DNA of 64,000 nucleotides from the human T2T-CHM13v2.0 reference genome, Homo sapiens. The stretch lies in the NCBI RefSeq assembly GCF_009914755.1, contig NC_060929.1; one strand, 5' to 3'. Below the pieces are notes generated by a model. The model did no database searches. It was given only the letters and a program-made list of their open reading frames with translations, and was not told the DNA's origin. Position numbers and translations under genes: made by a program. Positions 40,576 to 55,972 of this stretch are shown piece by piece; the first letter of the stretch is position 1, and each line of letters begins with the position of its first letter.

Positions 40576-42128
40576 CAACCAAAATCCCCCTGGGGTTTTG
40601 GCTTACAACCTCTGTGATAATATGTTATAAGGGGCTTGTGGGATGCTTGAGGCTGGGACTCTAACTCATCCTGGGAGTGTCTACAGAAAGGGGAAACCTT
40701 ACCTGAGACATGAAGGGTGAGGAGAGAGTAGGAAAGAGAAGAGGCAGAAGAGGAAAGCTGAATCGGGCAGTGGCACAGCTTGAGCAAAGGCATGGAGGGC
40801 AGAGCTGCAGGCAATTTGCTTTTTTGAGTATCCCGGATGTAACATGGCACCTGTACTACCTACACCCTCCTAATGGAAGCCACCTTAGGGGGCACCAAAG
40901 TAGGAGTCTTGGGTTTTTGGGGGTAAAGGGACAGGGAGAGAAGGGACTCCTGAGAAACATACAAGGGAAATCCTTTGTCAAGGTAAAGCGCTAACAAACT
41001 CTAGGGACAGATTATTTTCTCTCCAGCTTTAGTTGAGTTTTGCTCTTTGCAGCACTATCTCTCTGTCACGGGCAAAAGCCCTGTTCTTGAGGTGCTTTGG
41101 GGAATGAAGAAGTGTGGGCTGTGTTCATGCTTGGGACAAGCAGGGTGGAGCGGAGCCAGCAACTGGTGGCCAAGGTGGCAGAAGTGACCAGGGAACAGCT
41201 GACAGTGGGCTTCAGGAGCAGGAGACAGAACACTGAGGGAAGGTAGGCGCCGCTGGGGATCTCCTGGGAAGCAGTGAGGAGGGTGCCGCGTGTCCTGCAG
41301 GTACCTGTGGGGCGGGGCTCGAGTGCCTGTATCTGCAGGTTGAAGGGAAGGGTGGCCCCAGCTGCCTCAGGGTCACACATGATGAGATGGCATTTGGCTG
41401 GGCTGCCGGGAGGGCCCTGGACACAGTGCGGTGCCACAGAACCCCACTCCACGCCCTGGGCTCTTTCTCTGCCAAGGAAGGTGACTGGTCCAGACTGAGA
41501 TGGCAAGCCTTTCCATCTCATGAGGCACTCTGGGCGGACTGGCTGTGGTTTTGGATAAATGTGAATTTCAGGCTGCACAGGGTTCGGCAAGAAAGAGTGC
41601 CTGAGATGGATTCACCCTGTCAAGGTGCCGAGCGCGGGGACAGCGTCCATTCCTGCCTGTGGACAACTCTACTTCCAAAGGAACAGAAGTTGTCCTTGCT
41701 CTCAGGTTCGCCTGACCTAGGTTGTCCCTCCCTCCAAATCTTCAGATGTTTTCCTCTTAGAGGGTCTGACTGTGATCCTCCTCCTCTGGGACCCGGTATC
41801 CACGCCCATCAACGGGAAATGCTGATAGTGGTAAGAAAGCCTGCCCTCCCCTATCTTGCAAGATGCCGTAGAGGTAAAATGACATCTGTTGTTTGTGCTT
41901 CGATTCCTATAAAAACTTGTTTATGAGATTAAACTCAACTCTGCAATTTTAAGTATTGTGACTTGTGACCTTATAATACACAGATAATACTTAACTTTCT
42001 CCACCCCAATTGAATAATTTTGTTTGTCTATTTTTTGTTTTTGTTTTTCTCCCACTTGGAAAAGTATATTCTTTTTTTCTCATATATTTAATGGCCTTTA
42101 TCTCACAATAATCTGTCCAGATAAACTC

Positions 42129-42373
42129 TTTTTTGAGACAAGATCTTGCTCTGTCACGTGGGCTGGAGTGCAGTGGTGTGATCACGGCCACTGCAGCCTC
42201 GACCTCCCAGGCTCAAGTGATTCTCCCACCTCAGCCTTCAGAGTAGCTGAGATTACAGGCGCATGCCACCATGCCTGGCTAATTTTTGGTAGAGATGGGG
42301 TTTTACCATGTTTCCCAGGCTGGTCTTGAACTCCTGGGCTCAAGCACTCCTCCTGCCTCGGCCTCCCAAAGTG
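42129..42373 (-). mobile_element. AluJ, 5'-truncated
   Basis: gtgatcacggccactgcagcctcgacctcccaggctcaag. Confidence 0.88.
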
Positions 42374-43379
42374 AATTTATTTTTAAAATATTATTATTCT
42401 TTTCTGACTATAAGCAGAAAAATGCAAACACATTGTAAACATTCCAAAGAAGATGCAGACTTGCAAAAGGTAGGAGACATCTTTAAAATTTCTCTTCCTT
42501 TGATATTAGTCTTAGTCTTATATCTTTGTCTTCTATGTCTATGTCTTGTATCTTTAAAACCATCGCATCAAAAGAACCACTATCAAGAGCAGCACATATC
42601 TTTTCAGAATATTTAACAAAATATTTGTCTACCTCCCTATTATGTATATATGTATGCTTACATGCACTGCAGACTTTTCTGCAACTTGCTTTAGCTTATA
42701 GTCATACCTCAGTATCCATGAGAGTTTGGTTCCAGGATCCCCACGATAACACAATACAAGAATTCTCAAGTCTCAGTCTGCCTCGCGGGAACCTGTGGAT
42801 ACAAGAAATCAGCCCACAGGTTTGGCATCTGCAGTTTGTTGAACCAAGGGTGTGGAACCCGTAGATCTGGGGAGCAGCCTTTTGTTTTAGACATCTTTCA
42901 CTTCCACTGTCTTCTCCCATACCATATCATCATTTATGTAGTTAATCCTCTCTTGATGGTCATTTGTATTGTTGCAAAATTCCTATCTTTGTGTGTTTGC
43001 CCAGTTTTATTTTAGGATGAATTCTAGATGTGAACTTGCTGAATTATCTTCCAAAAATGTTGATTCAATTTATGTTCTCACAATAATATGTGTAAAGACC
43101 TGTTTTCTCATATTGTTAGTAGTAATATCAATCTTTTAAATCTTTACTAAAAGGCAGGGCAAAAAAAAAAAGAGAGAGAAAATTCATCTTCTTGTTCAGG
43201 TATGGAGTTTTTTGATTATCGGTGAGGTGAAGAATGTTTTCACGTATTCAATGGCCATTTGAAGTTCTCCGTGTTGCATTTGAATGTCATTTCACACATC
43301 TGCTCTCAGTAGCATTGCCTTGGTATTGCTCTTAAATATCTGTGGAGAGCTCAGTACAGCATTTAAGGCATAGCAGAGG

Positions 43380-43756
<377 letters not shown>

Positions 43757-43839
43757 TCACTTCTGGTCTCAGAGATGGTACTAGGGGTGGAGAAATTCCC
43801 CATTTGGTTTCATTGTTGGAAACAGAATCCCTTAGTCAG

Positions 43840-44960
43840 AATCACCAATCACTAGGGAAATGCAAATCAAAACCACAATGAGATACTACCTCACACTCAT
43901 TAAGATGGCTACTGTCAAAAGAATAAACAAAAAACAACAAAAAACTTTCAGAAAATAAGAAATATTGGTGAGGATGGAAAAAAACAGGAACACTTGTGTT
44001 GGTGGGAATGTAAAATGGTGCAGCTGCTACAGAAAACAATATGCTGAGTTTTTCAAAAAAATTAAAAATAGAATTTTCATATGATTTTTCATATGATTCT
44101 GCAATTCGTCTTCTGTATATGTACCCAAAAGAATGAAAAGCATGGACTTGAAGAGGTACGTGTACAGCCATGTTCATGGCAGCTTTATTCACAATAGCCA
44201 AAAGGGGGAAGTAACCCAAGCGTCCATTGATGGATGAATAGATAAACAAACTGTGACCAACACCTACAATGGAATATTATTCAGGACTTAAAAAGAAAAG
44301 AAATTCTGACATATGCCACAATACAGGTGAACTTTGAAGATGTTATGCTAAGTGAAATAAGCCAGTCCCCAAAAGACAAATATTGCACGATTCCACGTAT
44401 ATGAGGCACCTAGAATAGTCACTTTTTTTTTTTTTTGAGGCGGAGTTTCACTCTTGTTGCTGGACTGGACTGCAGTGGCATGATCTGGGCTCACTGCAAC
44501 CTACCTCCACCTCCTGGGTTCAAGTGATTCTCCTGCCTCAGCCTCCCTAGTAGTAGCTGGGATTACAGGTGCCCACCACCACGTCCGGCTAATTTTTGTA
44601 TTTTTAGTGGAGACGGAGTTTCACCATGTTGGTTAGGCTGGTCTTGAACTCCTGACCTCAAGTGATCCACCCGCCTCGGCCTCCCAAAGTGCTGGGATTA
44701 CAGGCGTGAGCCATCGTGCCCGGCCTAGAATGGTCAAATTTATCAAGACAGAAAATAGAGTGGTGGTTACCAGGGGCTGGAGAGAGGGGTGAGTGGGGAG
44801 TTGCTGTTTAACAGACAGGAGTTTCAGTTTTGCAAGATGAAAAGCGTTCTGGAGATTGGCTGTACAACTGTGTGAATGTATTTAACATTACTAAACTGTA
44901 CTTAAAGTTGGTTAAGATGGTAACATTTTAAAGTGCATTTTACCAACATTTTTTAAAAAG
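43840..44960 (+). mobile_element. L1M (L1MB-like) ORF2 end and 3'UTR, interrupted by an Alu (44423-44725, minus strand)
   Basis: gggaaatgcaaatcaaaaccacaatgagatac...ttcacaatagccaaaa...atgctaagtgaaataagccag. Alu TSD ctagaatRgtca. Confidence 0.88.
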
Positions 44961-46369
44961 TTAGTTTCTTCCTGCGCCTGGCCGGGAGAAATGCCCTATT
45001 TGCAAGGAGGACTGGCGGCTCTCACATGAGTAAAGGCCTGGCGCCAAGGTCTCCAGAACACCCCCTGCCCACCGTGAGAAGGTGGAACTCGGCACCACCG
45101 CACTGGAGCACGCGTTGCCACTTCAGCCACCCAAGCGCCGTGGGGCAAATACTACAATTACGCATTTTGTAAAGGGAGATGTGTTTTGGAAGAATTTATC
45201 TGCAGAAATCATAGGACTGGACATTTGGTGAGATTTCCCGAGAAAAGATAAAAAGAACAATAACCCAGGTAAAATGCCAAATCCTCGGTCTGACGTCAGT
45301 CTCCAAGAATGACTGCCAAGTGGGCTCTGGGAAATGGGCCACACCCACTCGTGTCCCAGCCAATCAGAAGAGTCCAGGCGAATTCAGCCAACCAGAGCTC
45401 GGCATTCCTCTGATGCAGATGCTCTTGATTTCTGCCAAGGACACAACTTTGGGCGCTGGGTTGGAGAAATGATTGTTGGCGGCACTTTCCAAGCATTACC
45501 GATTAATTGAAAATGCAAAGCCCACACGATTAGTAACATAATAATTAACATTTATTGAGCACTTACACATCAAGCATGTTCAAACTGCCCTCAGAAAGGT
45601 GAAGTAGCCTGCCTGAGGCCACATAAATAAGTGTTGTGGGGGTTCTTGCCCCTGATTGCCCTACTGCCTCTGTGAAATAGTCATTCTCCTCACTGATACT
45701 GAGCAAGGGAATTTAGACTGTAACCTGTACACAAAAACTCTTTGAGGTAAGGGTGAGTGCTATCACCACTTTATTTTACATAGCGATTGATAATAAAAAA
45801 AAATAAGAGATCTGAAATATGTTTCCTATTGGGAGAGAATTGGCAAAGGCAGAAAACGTGAATCTTGATCTTTCATTAAAAAAAAAAACAAAAAACATCA
45901 ACACAAAACCACCGCAAAACCGCAAGCTAGCCCATGTAATTATTTAAGAAACGCTCATTGAATGAATGAACTCGTGGGGGAGTAAGAAGCTACAGAGAGA
46001 CCCACTGGAGAGCCACCGAGAGTGGCAGATGGCAGTGTACAGGAGGACCTGAGGGATGTTTGCTGATGCCTGAGTGAAAGGACAAAAGACTGTGCCGAAG
46101 GATGATCCGAGGCAGAAGGTTGTGAGCACTGCGCGCAGGACAGGGAGAGTCAGGGGCTGCACATCCTTTGCTGTGTTGCAGTCAGCAGAGCATTCAGGGC
46201 CAGTTCTGGTGCTCTCTGGGTGGCCCCGTGCACAGCACACAGAATTCCCACACTTGCACACAGCGCTGTCTGGTGGGAACACACAGACAAAACGTCCCAA
46301 GCTGGTAGAGCCCCACGCATAGCTGGCTCTGCCCATTATCCCAGATACACCCACAAGCAGACAGCTGCA

Positions 46370-46725
46370 CCTGCAAGCACACACACAACACACAACACAC
46401 ACATGCCTGTGAGCACACACACAACACACAACACACACATGCCTGCGAGCACAAACACACAACACAACACACACACGCCAGGGAGCACACACACAACACA
46501 CACATGCTTGTGAGCACACACACACAACACACAACACACACATGCCTGTGAGCACATATACACAACACACACATGCCTGCAAGCACACACATATAATACA
46601 CACAAGCCTGCAAGCACATATGCACAACACGGAGCACACACATGCCTGTGAGAACACACACGCCTGGGAGCACACACACACAATACACAGCACACACACC
46701 TGTGAGCATACACATACAACACACG
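46370..46725. repeat. CA-rich minisatellite (~30-38-bp units, about 10 copies)
   Basis: Unit resembles CACACACAACACACAACACACACATGCCTGTGAG. Confidence 0.9.
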
Positions 46726-47659
46726 CATTTCTTTGTGGGTCTCGTGGACATCCTAAATGAGGAATTCTTTCCCTACATGCCTTTTTGTTGTTGCTGGCTT
46801 GATCCCTCCATCACCCACTCACGTTTATTGGGCACCTACAGCGTGCAGGCCCCGCGCTAAACCCTGGGACGTGTCCTCAGGGGCCAGGAGAGAGAGGCCT
46901 CAACTCAGGAATTAGGAGAACTCAGGTCAAGGGGGGAAATAGTGTTGGTAAATCCACTGTGTTGCTAGTGGGCCTATTTGGGAGAGCCTGTCAGAGAAGC
47001 TACGGGGAGCTGGCTCTGGTTCAGACATCTTCCAGGAACACAGAAAACAACCACATTTTACTAATTATAGCGAGGGAAAACACGCTGCGATTACAGCTAA
47101 ATTACATTAAGACATAACTGGCTGGCTCGGCCGGCTCTATCTTTCTGGATCAGGTTTCAGCCAAGTTGGGTGGTGACACAGGCGGGGCAGGCTGGCGAGG
47201 CCTTGGCCGGGGGAGGGTCCCGCAGCCTCTTTTCCTGTGGGGTCGTGACCCTGGGGTGACAGTGTGGTGTCCCAGGGCCAGTTGCAGCTTATGTGACCAG
47301 CAGCTACCCCTCCCTACAAGGGGCTTCCCTGGGCCCCTGGGCTGGAACAAACTGCCCAGAGGGCCGCTGAGTCATCCAGCCCCTCCTCTCCTTTCCCTCC
47401 CAGAACTGAGGATCAGAGAATTCAGGGCTGGAAGGAAGGTCTTGGGGCCAAAGCCTTGGTCTTTCGAAGGTAACTGAGTGGGTTGTTTTTTTAAATTCTC
47501 TCTCCTGTTGTGGCCACCAACTCTGTCCTTTCCTTCCAGGCCCTGGTCTGCACCTGCCAAGAAGGGCTTGGTACCTGTTTGGGGAAAGAGGGGGTTGAAC
47601 TCTCCACCCCATTCTCTATGTAATTATTCCCAGAGGGCCCGTGTCTGATTCATGCCCCA

Positions 47660-47810
47660 CAGAGGAAGGAAGGAAGGAAGGAAAGGAGGGACAGAGGGAG
47701 GGAGGGAGGGAGGGAAGAAGGGAGGGTGGGAGTCGAAGGAAGGAAGGAGGCAAGGGCCACCAAGGGAGAGCGGGAAGGAGGAAGGAAGGTGGGGAGGGAG
47801 AGAGGCAGGC
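47660..47810. repeat. Purine-rich (GGAA/GGGA) low-complexity tract
   Basis: Read directly from sequence. Confidence 0.8.
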
Positions 47811-48086
47811 AGTGATTAATGTAGGAAAGCCAACTTACCGAGCACTTGTGGAATGCCAGGCATCGCCATGCAGTACCTCCTTGAATCTTCACAATGATCT
47901 TGAGGGCAGGAGCCCAACCTTAGGGTTCCATGGAGACTAGAGCTGCACACAAGGCAGGTCCTCAACAGTAAATTCAGTAATTCCTTGAGTGAGCAAGTAT
48001 GTCAGTGAGGTAGGTAATATCACTATTTATAGACAGGGCAGTAACAGCTATGGCATCATGGGGGTGGGGTTCAAATCCACCTTTCC

Positions 48087-48380
<294 letters not shown>

Positions 48381-49327
48381 AGATCCAGCATTCTTTGTCT
48401 CCAAGGCTTGCTCACTCAGCTCTGCACCCAGGCTGCTCACCTTTCACCTTGTGGTGCTAAGAGAAGTGGCCATTCCAGTGACCACATGACCCCCAGATAT
48501 GATGGGAGCTTGGTTCCCAGCATCAGTCTTGCCCTGCTTGGCGTGGGATGCCAGGGTGCACTGAGCCCCAGTCCCACCTTTATTCTGCCAGCACTGCGCT
48601 TTATATGCACTATCTCATTTAACCCTCACACCACGGGCTGGGGAGGGGGTGGCTTCCAATACCCTCATTTTTTGGATGAGGACCCTGGGGCTCAGAGAAG
48701 TAAAGTGGCTTGCCCAAGTTCACACAGCTGCCAACTGGGGGTGCTGGGGTTCCCGTCCTATATGGGGCACCTGGCTCCATACTGTCAGGCCCAAGTTTAT
48801 AGAATCCCTGAGGGGCCTGGTCTCTGGTCACTTCCTCAGGGCCAGCCTAAAGGCAAGAGCAGGGGGCAGGGTAGGAGGCCCTCTCCTCTCTGAGGAACCC
48901 TGCCAGGACTTCTCGCTATGAGGACAGGCTTTGGCCAGGTCCCCAGGGCTCAGCTCAGGAAAAACACACCAGTCTGTGCCCGGTGCCTGTGGAGCTGGGT
49001 CCATCCCAGAATCAGGGGCAGCAGGTGGTGTGGCCATGGGCATGAGCAGCAGCTGGGCTGTGGTGTGTTGGCCACTGTGTTCTGGCCTGTTGTGCCGGTG
49101 TTTACAGTCCACATTTTTAATAATCTGATGTTATGTTTGGCCCTGAATCCCTTCTGCAGAGCCTAACCAAGGCTTGCCTCCAAGATGGCCTTCTTGTTCC
49201 TTCCAACTCTTGCTCTGAAATGAGCTGGGAAGAGAGACTCAGAGGGAGAGGGGAACTGGGAGGTAGCGCGAACTCCACCTGATATTTACAGAGCCCCTCC
49301 TGTGTGCCAAGTGCATTTCTTATGTTA

Positions 49328-49909
49328 ATTTTTTTTATTATTATTATTTGAGACAGAGTCTTGCTCTGTTGTACAGGCTGGAGTACAATGGCGCAATCTT
49401 GGCTCACTGAAACCTCCACCCCTGCGTTCAAGCAATTCTCCTGCCTCAGCTTCCCAAGTAGTTGCGATTACAGGCATCTGCCGCCACGCCCGGCTAATTT
49501 TTTGTATTTGTAGTAGAGACAGGGTTTCACCATGTTGGGCCAGGCTGGTCTCGAACTCCTGACCTCAGGTGATCCACCCACCTCAGCTTCCTAAAGTGCT
49601 GGGATTACAGGCATGAGCCACCACGCCTAGCTGCTTATGTTTGTTTGTTTACTTAAAGACAGGGTCTCACTTTGTCAGCCAGGCTGGACTGCAGTAGCAT
49701 GATCATAACATACTGTTAACTCGATCTCCCAGGCTTAAGCAACTCTCCAGCCTCATCCTCCGGAGTAGCTGGAATCACAGGCACACGCCACCACACCTGG
49801 CTAATTAAAAATGTTTTTTGTAGAGATAGGGTCTTACTGTGTTGCCCAGGCTGTTCTCGAACTTTAGCCTCAAGCAATCCTCCCGTCTTAGCCTCCCAAA
49901 GTGTTGGGA
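49328..49909 (-). mobile_element. AluS (49328-49632) plus 5'-truncated AluJ (49640-49909)
   Basis: Two minus-strand Alus, with cttatgtt flanking the AluS on both sides. Confidence 0.9.
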
Positions 49910-49995
49910 GGTCCCATCATATCTGGGGGCTATGTGGTCACTGCAATGGCCACTTTCCTTAGCATCCTGAGTCACCTAACCCAGCCTAAGTGCCG

Positions 49996-50314
49996 CCTTC
50001 TTCTTCTTCTTCTCCTTCTTCTTCTTCTTCTCCTTCTCCTTCTCCTTCTCCTTCTCCTTCTTCTTCTTCTTCCTCTTCCTCCTCTTCCTCTTCCTCCTCC
50101 TCCTCTTCCTCTTCCTCCTTCTCCCCTTCTTTTTCTTCTTCTTTCTTCTTTTTAAATATTTATTATACTTTAAGTTCTGGGGTACATGTGCAGAACATGC
50201 AGGTTTGTTACATAGGTATATACATGCCACGGTGGTTTGCTGCACCCATCAACCCGTCATCTACATTAGGTATTTCTCCTAATGCTACCCCTCCCTTAAC
50301 CCCTGCCCCGCTCA
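49996..50314 (-). mobile_element. Short L1PA 3' end whose tail became a (CTT/CCT)n tract
   Basis: ttatactttaagttctggggtacatgtgcag, ~150-bp pyrimidine tract, cctaagtgc on both sides. Confidence 0.88.
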
Positions 50315-52307
50315 CCTAAGTGCATTTCTTATGTTAGTTTTAGTTTTATTCTATCCCCCACAGTAATCCAGGATGATGTGTTTTTTTCTACCCACTTTAT
50401 GGATAAAACTGAGGCCCAAAGGGTAAAGCTGCCTGCCTGAGGCCTCACATCCAGGCGTGGTGAGCCTGGGGCCTGGCCTCAGACACGTCCAGCTCCAGAG
50501 TCTGAATGTCTCTCGTGATGCATGTTGAGCTGGAGGTGCAGCTGCGACCATGGCTCCCTTGTAAGGATTCATCCACTCTGCATCTTACCCCTTTCCCAGG
50601 GGTACCATAAAGCTCTCTTTCCAGCTTTGGACAAGAACAGAGATGAATGGCTATTCTGGAAGCAGAAAAGTCCAGGCCTTGGGCTATCTCTTCTCTCTTA
50701 TCCCATTTCCATCTTTAGCACAGGGTGCCCAACGCCAGCCTGGGTGGTGGTGTAACTCAGCCATGAAGTTAAAGGCGGGGCTTGCAGCCCACTCGCCTGC
50801 CAACCCTGTCGGCCCCGTGGCATCAGGGGTAGCAAGGCCAGGCCTATCTTTCTAGGAAAAGGTTCAGTGTGCAGTCAGGCCTGACTAAAGCCATGCAAGG
50901 ACCGCAATCTCAAGGCCCCCAGCTCCATCCCCTTCTTGTCTTGCTTCTCTCTGCTGTAGTGGTGTGAACAGTGAAATCATATCCCAGCACCAGCACTTAC
51001 TAGCTGTCTGATTCGGCAAAAGTAATAATATTAACAATTGCAGCGCATTAATTGTGTTTCTGAGACATCACTGAGTACCTTTCATCCTTCTCTGACTGAA
51101 ACCTCCCAGCAGCCATTTGAGGTGGTAAGGTGACTGTTCCCATCTTACAGATGAGGGATTTGCCTGTAGTTGCACAGCCAGCAAGTGGCAGAGGGCACAC
51201 TCCTAACTACCATGTCACTCAGCTTTTTATGACTGCCTCTGAACCTCAGTTTTCTTATCTGTAAAATGAGACTGCTAGTTTCAACCTCACAAAACTAGCC
51301 TGGCAATGCAACAACAAAAATGCAGGTAAAGTGCTTAGGACAGAAGAGATGCCTGAAAAATGTGAGTTGCCTCAGTCTGTTAGTCATTCGACAAACGTTT
51401 AGTGGGATAGATGAAGTCTTGCCCCCATGGAGCTTCCAGCCAAATGGGGAAGACAGTTGCTAAGCAAATCATGACACATAATTGATTGGATGATTTTAAA
51501 CATGCCCTGGGCTGGTAGGGAGAAGTACAGGGTCAGGTAAAGCCTAGAAGTGGGTAGGGAAGATGCTTGGGGGAACCGGAGATTAGAAAGCCCTGGACCC
51601 CAATGGCCTAAGGGAGGGCTTCTATCTAGGGCAGTGGGAGAGGTCCTCAGGGCTGAAGACCCCTGGATGCTTGAAGGTGCAGAGGAATTCTCTCCCTGTC
51701 TGTCCCGCAGCAGCTGGGAAACCCCTGGGTGGTCTGATTCCAGCGGCCCAACCTGGAACTGATTGCCCGCGGTAATATTCCTGACCCAGGTAAAAATGTG
51801 CCAGTTCTGCAGGCTAGTGTCTTCTGCTGGGACACTGGCAGCTTGCTCAGCAGATGGGGGGACTTGTGTCTGAGGTCTATGGAGGATGAACCACAGCCTA
51901 GTCTGCCTTTTGTATCCCGGCTGTGTGGAACCAGCCCATGCTTGCCGGTTGTTGAGTCAAGAGCGGCCGGGACTTCCAGTTCGAATCCCATCTCTCCTGC
52001 TTCTTCCTTCTGAGTGAGCTCTAGAGCCTCAGTGTATCTGCTCTGTGCAAAGGGGATCTTAACACCTACTCTCTGGTTGTTCTGAAGATTTAATAGAAGG
52101 TTGAATGTGAAGCTGGAATTAGTTATCAGAGACTTTTTTAAAATCTACAGAAAGCACATTAGTTGTCAGGCACAGTGCCAAGCACTTGACACACATCGGC
52201 TCATTTAATTCATATCAATAGTTCCTGAAGAAGGTGCTGGCATTATCTCTGTGTTACAGACAGGGAAACTAAGGCTCAAGAAAAATTCAAAAACTTGGCC
52301 AAGGTCA

Positions 52308-52716
<409 letters not shown>

Positions 52717-52925
52717 TCATCTACCCACTAGGTACCAGACAATTTGCGTATGAACCTGGATCTATCTGCTTGAACAGTGACTTTTCTACTTTGGATCTAG
52801 GGCCTTTGTCGGGTGGTGGTAGGGAGTCCCGGGACACCAGCTTCATTTGACCCCGGCCTTGCAATCACAAAGAACTGTAGATGTAGGCTTTCGACAGCCT
52901 CTTCGATTCAGATTACACATGCTCT

Positions 52926-53118
52926 TAGGATTGCCAGATTTAGCAGATTCAAAATATGGGACATCAGGTTAAACTTAAATGTCAGATAAGCATCCAATAA
53001 TTTTTTAGTATAAGTATGTCCCAAATGTTGCATGATATATATTTATATGAAAGCATTATTCACTGTTTATCTTAAAATAAGTTTAACTGGTCATCCTACA
53101 TTTCATCTGGCCACCCTA
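52926..53118. mobile_element. MER53-like palindromic MITE
   Basis: Ends taggattgccagat...atctggccacccta and near end-to-end inverted symmetry over ~190 bp. Confidence 0.82.
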
Positions 53119-53236
53119 TATCCTGTCCCAGAACCACCTTGATGGAATTCATAGTAGGCGATTTCACCTTGATGAAATTTGTCGTGTTATCAAATTGTCT
53201 GGACTGTAGTGCTCTATGGGTTGGTATCTTTCTTTA

Positions 53237-53554
53237 TTTTTTGTTTTTTTGAGACAGAGTCTCACTCTGTCGGCCGGGCTGGAGTGCAACGGTGTGATCT
53301 CGGCTCACTGCAACCTCTGACTCCCGGGTTCAAGCAATTCTCCTGCATCAGCCTCCCAAGTAGCTGGGATTACTGGTGTCTGCCACTACGCCCTATTTTT
53401 TTTGCCACCACCAGGCTATTTTTTTTGTATTTTTAGTAGAGACGGGGTTTTACCATGTTGGTCAGGCTGGTCTTGAGCTCCTGACCTTAGGTGATCCATC
53501 CGCCTCTGCCTCCCAAAGTGCTGGGATTACAGGCGTGAGTCATCCCACCCAGCC
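53237..53554 (-). mobile_element. Alu
   Basis: Dimer with a small duplication at the linker, TSD tggtatcttt. Confidence 0.9.
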
Positions 53555-53689
53555 TAGACTGGTATCTTTAAAAAGTCCTGAAATTACCTTGGGGATATCT
53601 TACATTTTATGGGGATTGAAAACCTTTAATTTGTTCAGAGCTAATATTTAAAACAGGCTACCGTGTTTTGTAATTTTACTTTGACATTT

Positions 53690-54208
<519 letters not shown>

Positions 54209-54439
54209 CTGATGTGTTTCCATTCATTGTTGTTTTCATTCATGTTGACCAGAGCTTGCACTTATAATCGGTATCTAATTTACAGGTAGTTCTTGCATGT
54301 GGAGTGGTGGAATGGGGTCTGGAGTTTGGGCCACACTGAGATGCCATTTCTCTGATCATCATACCTGATGCACAGTGGGTATCTGTGGGAATGAGTCCTC
54401 CCTTACCTTTTTTTTTAAAAAAGATATATTTTATATAAT

Positions 54440-54558
54440 TAAATTGAGACAGGGTCTCACTATGTTGCCTAGGCTGGTCTTGAACTCCCGAGCTCAAGCG
54501 ATCCTCCCACCTGGGCCTCCCAAAGTGTTGGAATTACAGGCGTGAGCCACCACACCCC
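54440..54558 (-). mobile_element. Alu left monomer (FLAM-like)
   Basis: Single arm only. Confidence 0.8.
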
Positions 54559-55131
54559 TCCTTTATGTTTTTATCAAATTCTCTCTACCTTTTTTTCTTG
54601 GAGAGTCCCCCAGTCACCCCTCCTCCCTCCCGTGGAGGTCTGCTCTGTAAATTCAAAGCAGGTTTTTGCTGCATTTTGAGCCTGTCTGCTTTCTACAGAT
54701 TTCACCTGGCTAAAAATAGTCACATGTATAATTCCTCGATTAAAGTCTTTAGCCGTTGGGGGAGGTCTGCACCCTGGTCCGGGCAGCCCTCCATCTCTCT
54801 AGTTGACAACCCTGTCTGCCTGCTAACTGGGGTGCAGAACTTGTGGAGTTCCCATCCCTGGGGCTCGGTGTTCAGCTGGGTTTAATCTCAGCGCTCCTTG
54901 GAGAGGGTCAGCATGCAGATTGGAAACAGGAGAAGTGCAGGTTCAGACAGCGGCATCTGGGAATTCACCCACTGCCTGATGCTTTATACCTGCCTCTCTT
55001 CCCCAGATCCAAGGAGACGGCCCAGGGTCATCTCTTCTGCCTGAATAGCTGAGAGGAGTCCTGCAATCTTAGAGCCATTTTCCCAAGAAACCTGACCTAG
55101 AACATACTCTCTCTTAAGATTCAAATAAACT

Positions 55132-55972
<841 letters not shown>

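Noticed and set aside
45944-46760. Cys/Val-rich 130-251 aa ORFs resembling metallothionein or keratin-associated proteins
   Set aside because: Produced by the CA/TG minisatellite in several frames.
49901-50319. Poly-Leu, poly-Ser and poly-Lys/Arg ORFs
   Set aside because: Translations of the CTT/CCT tract.
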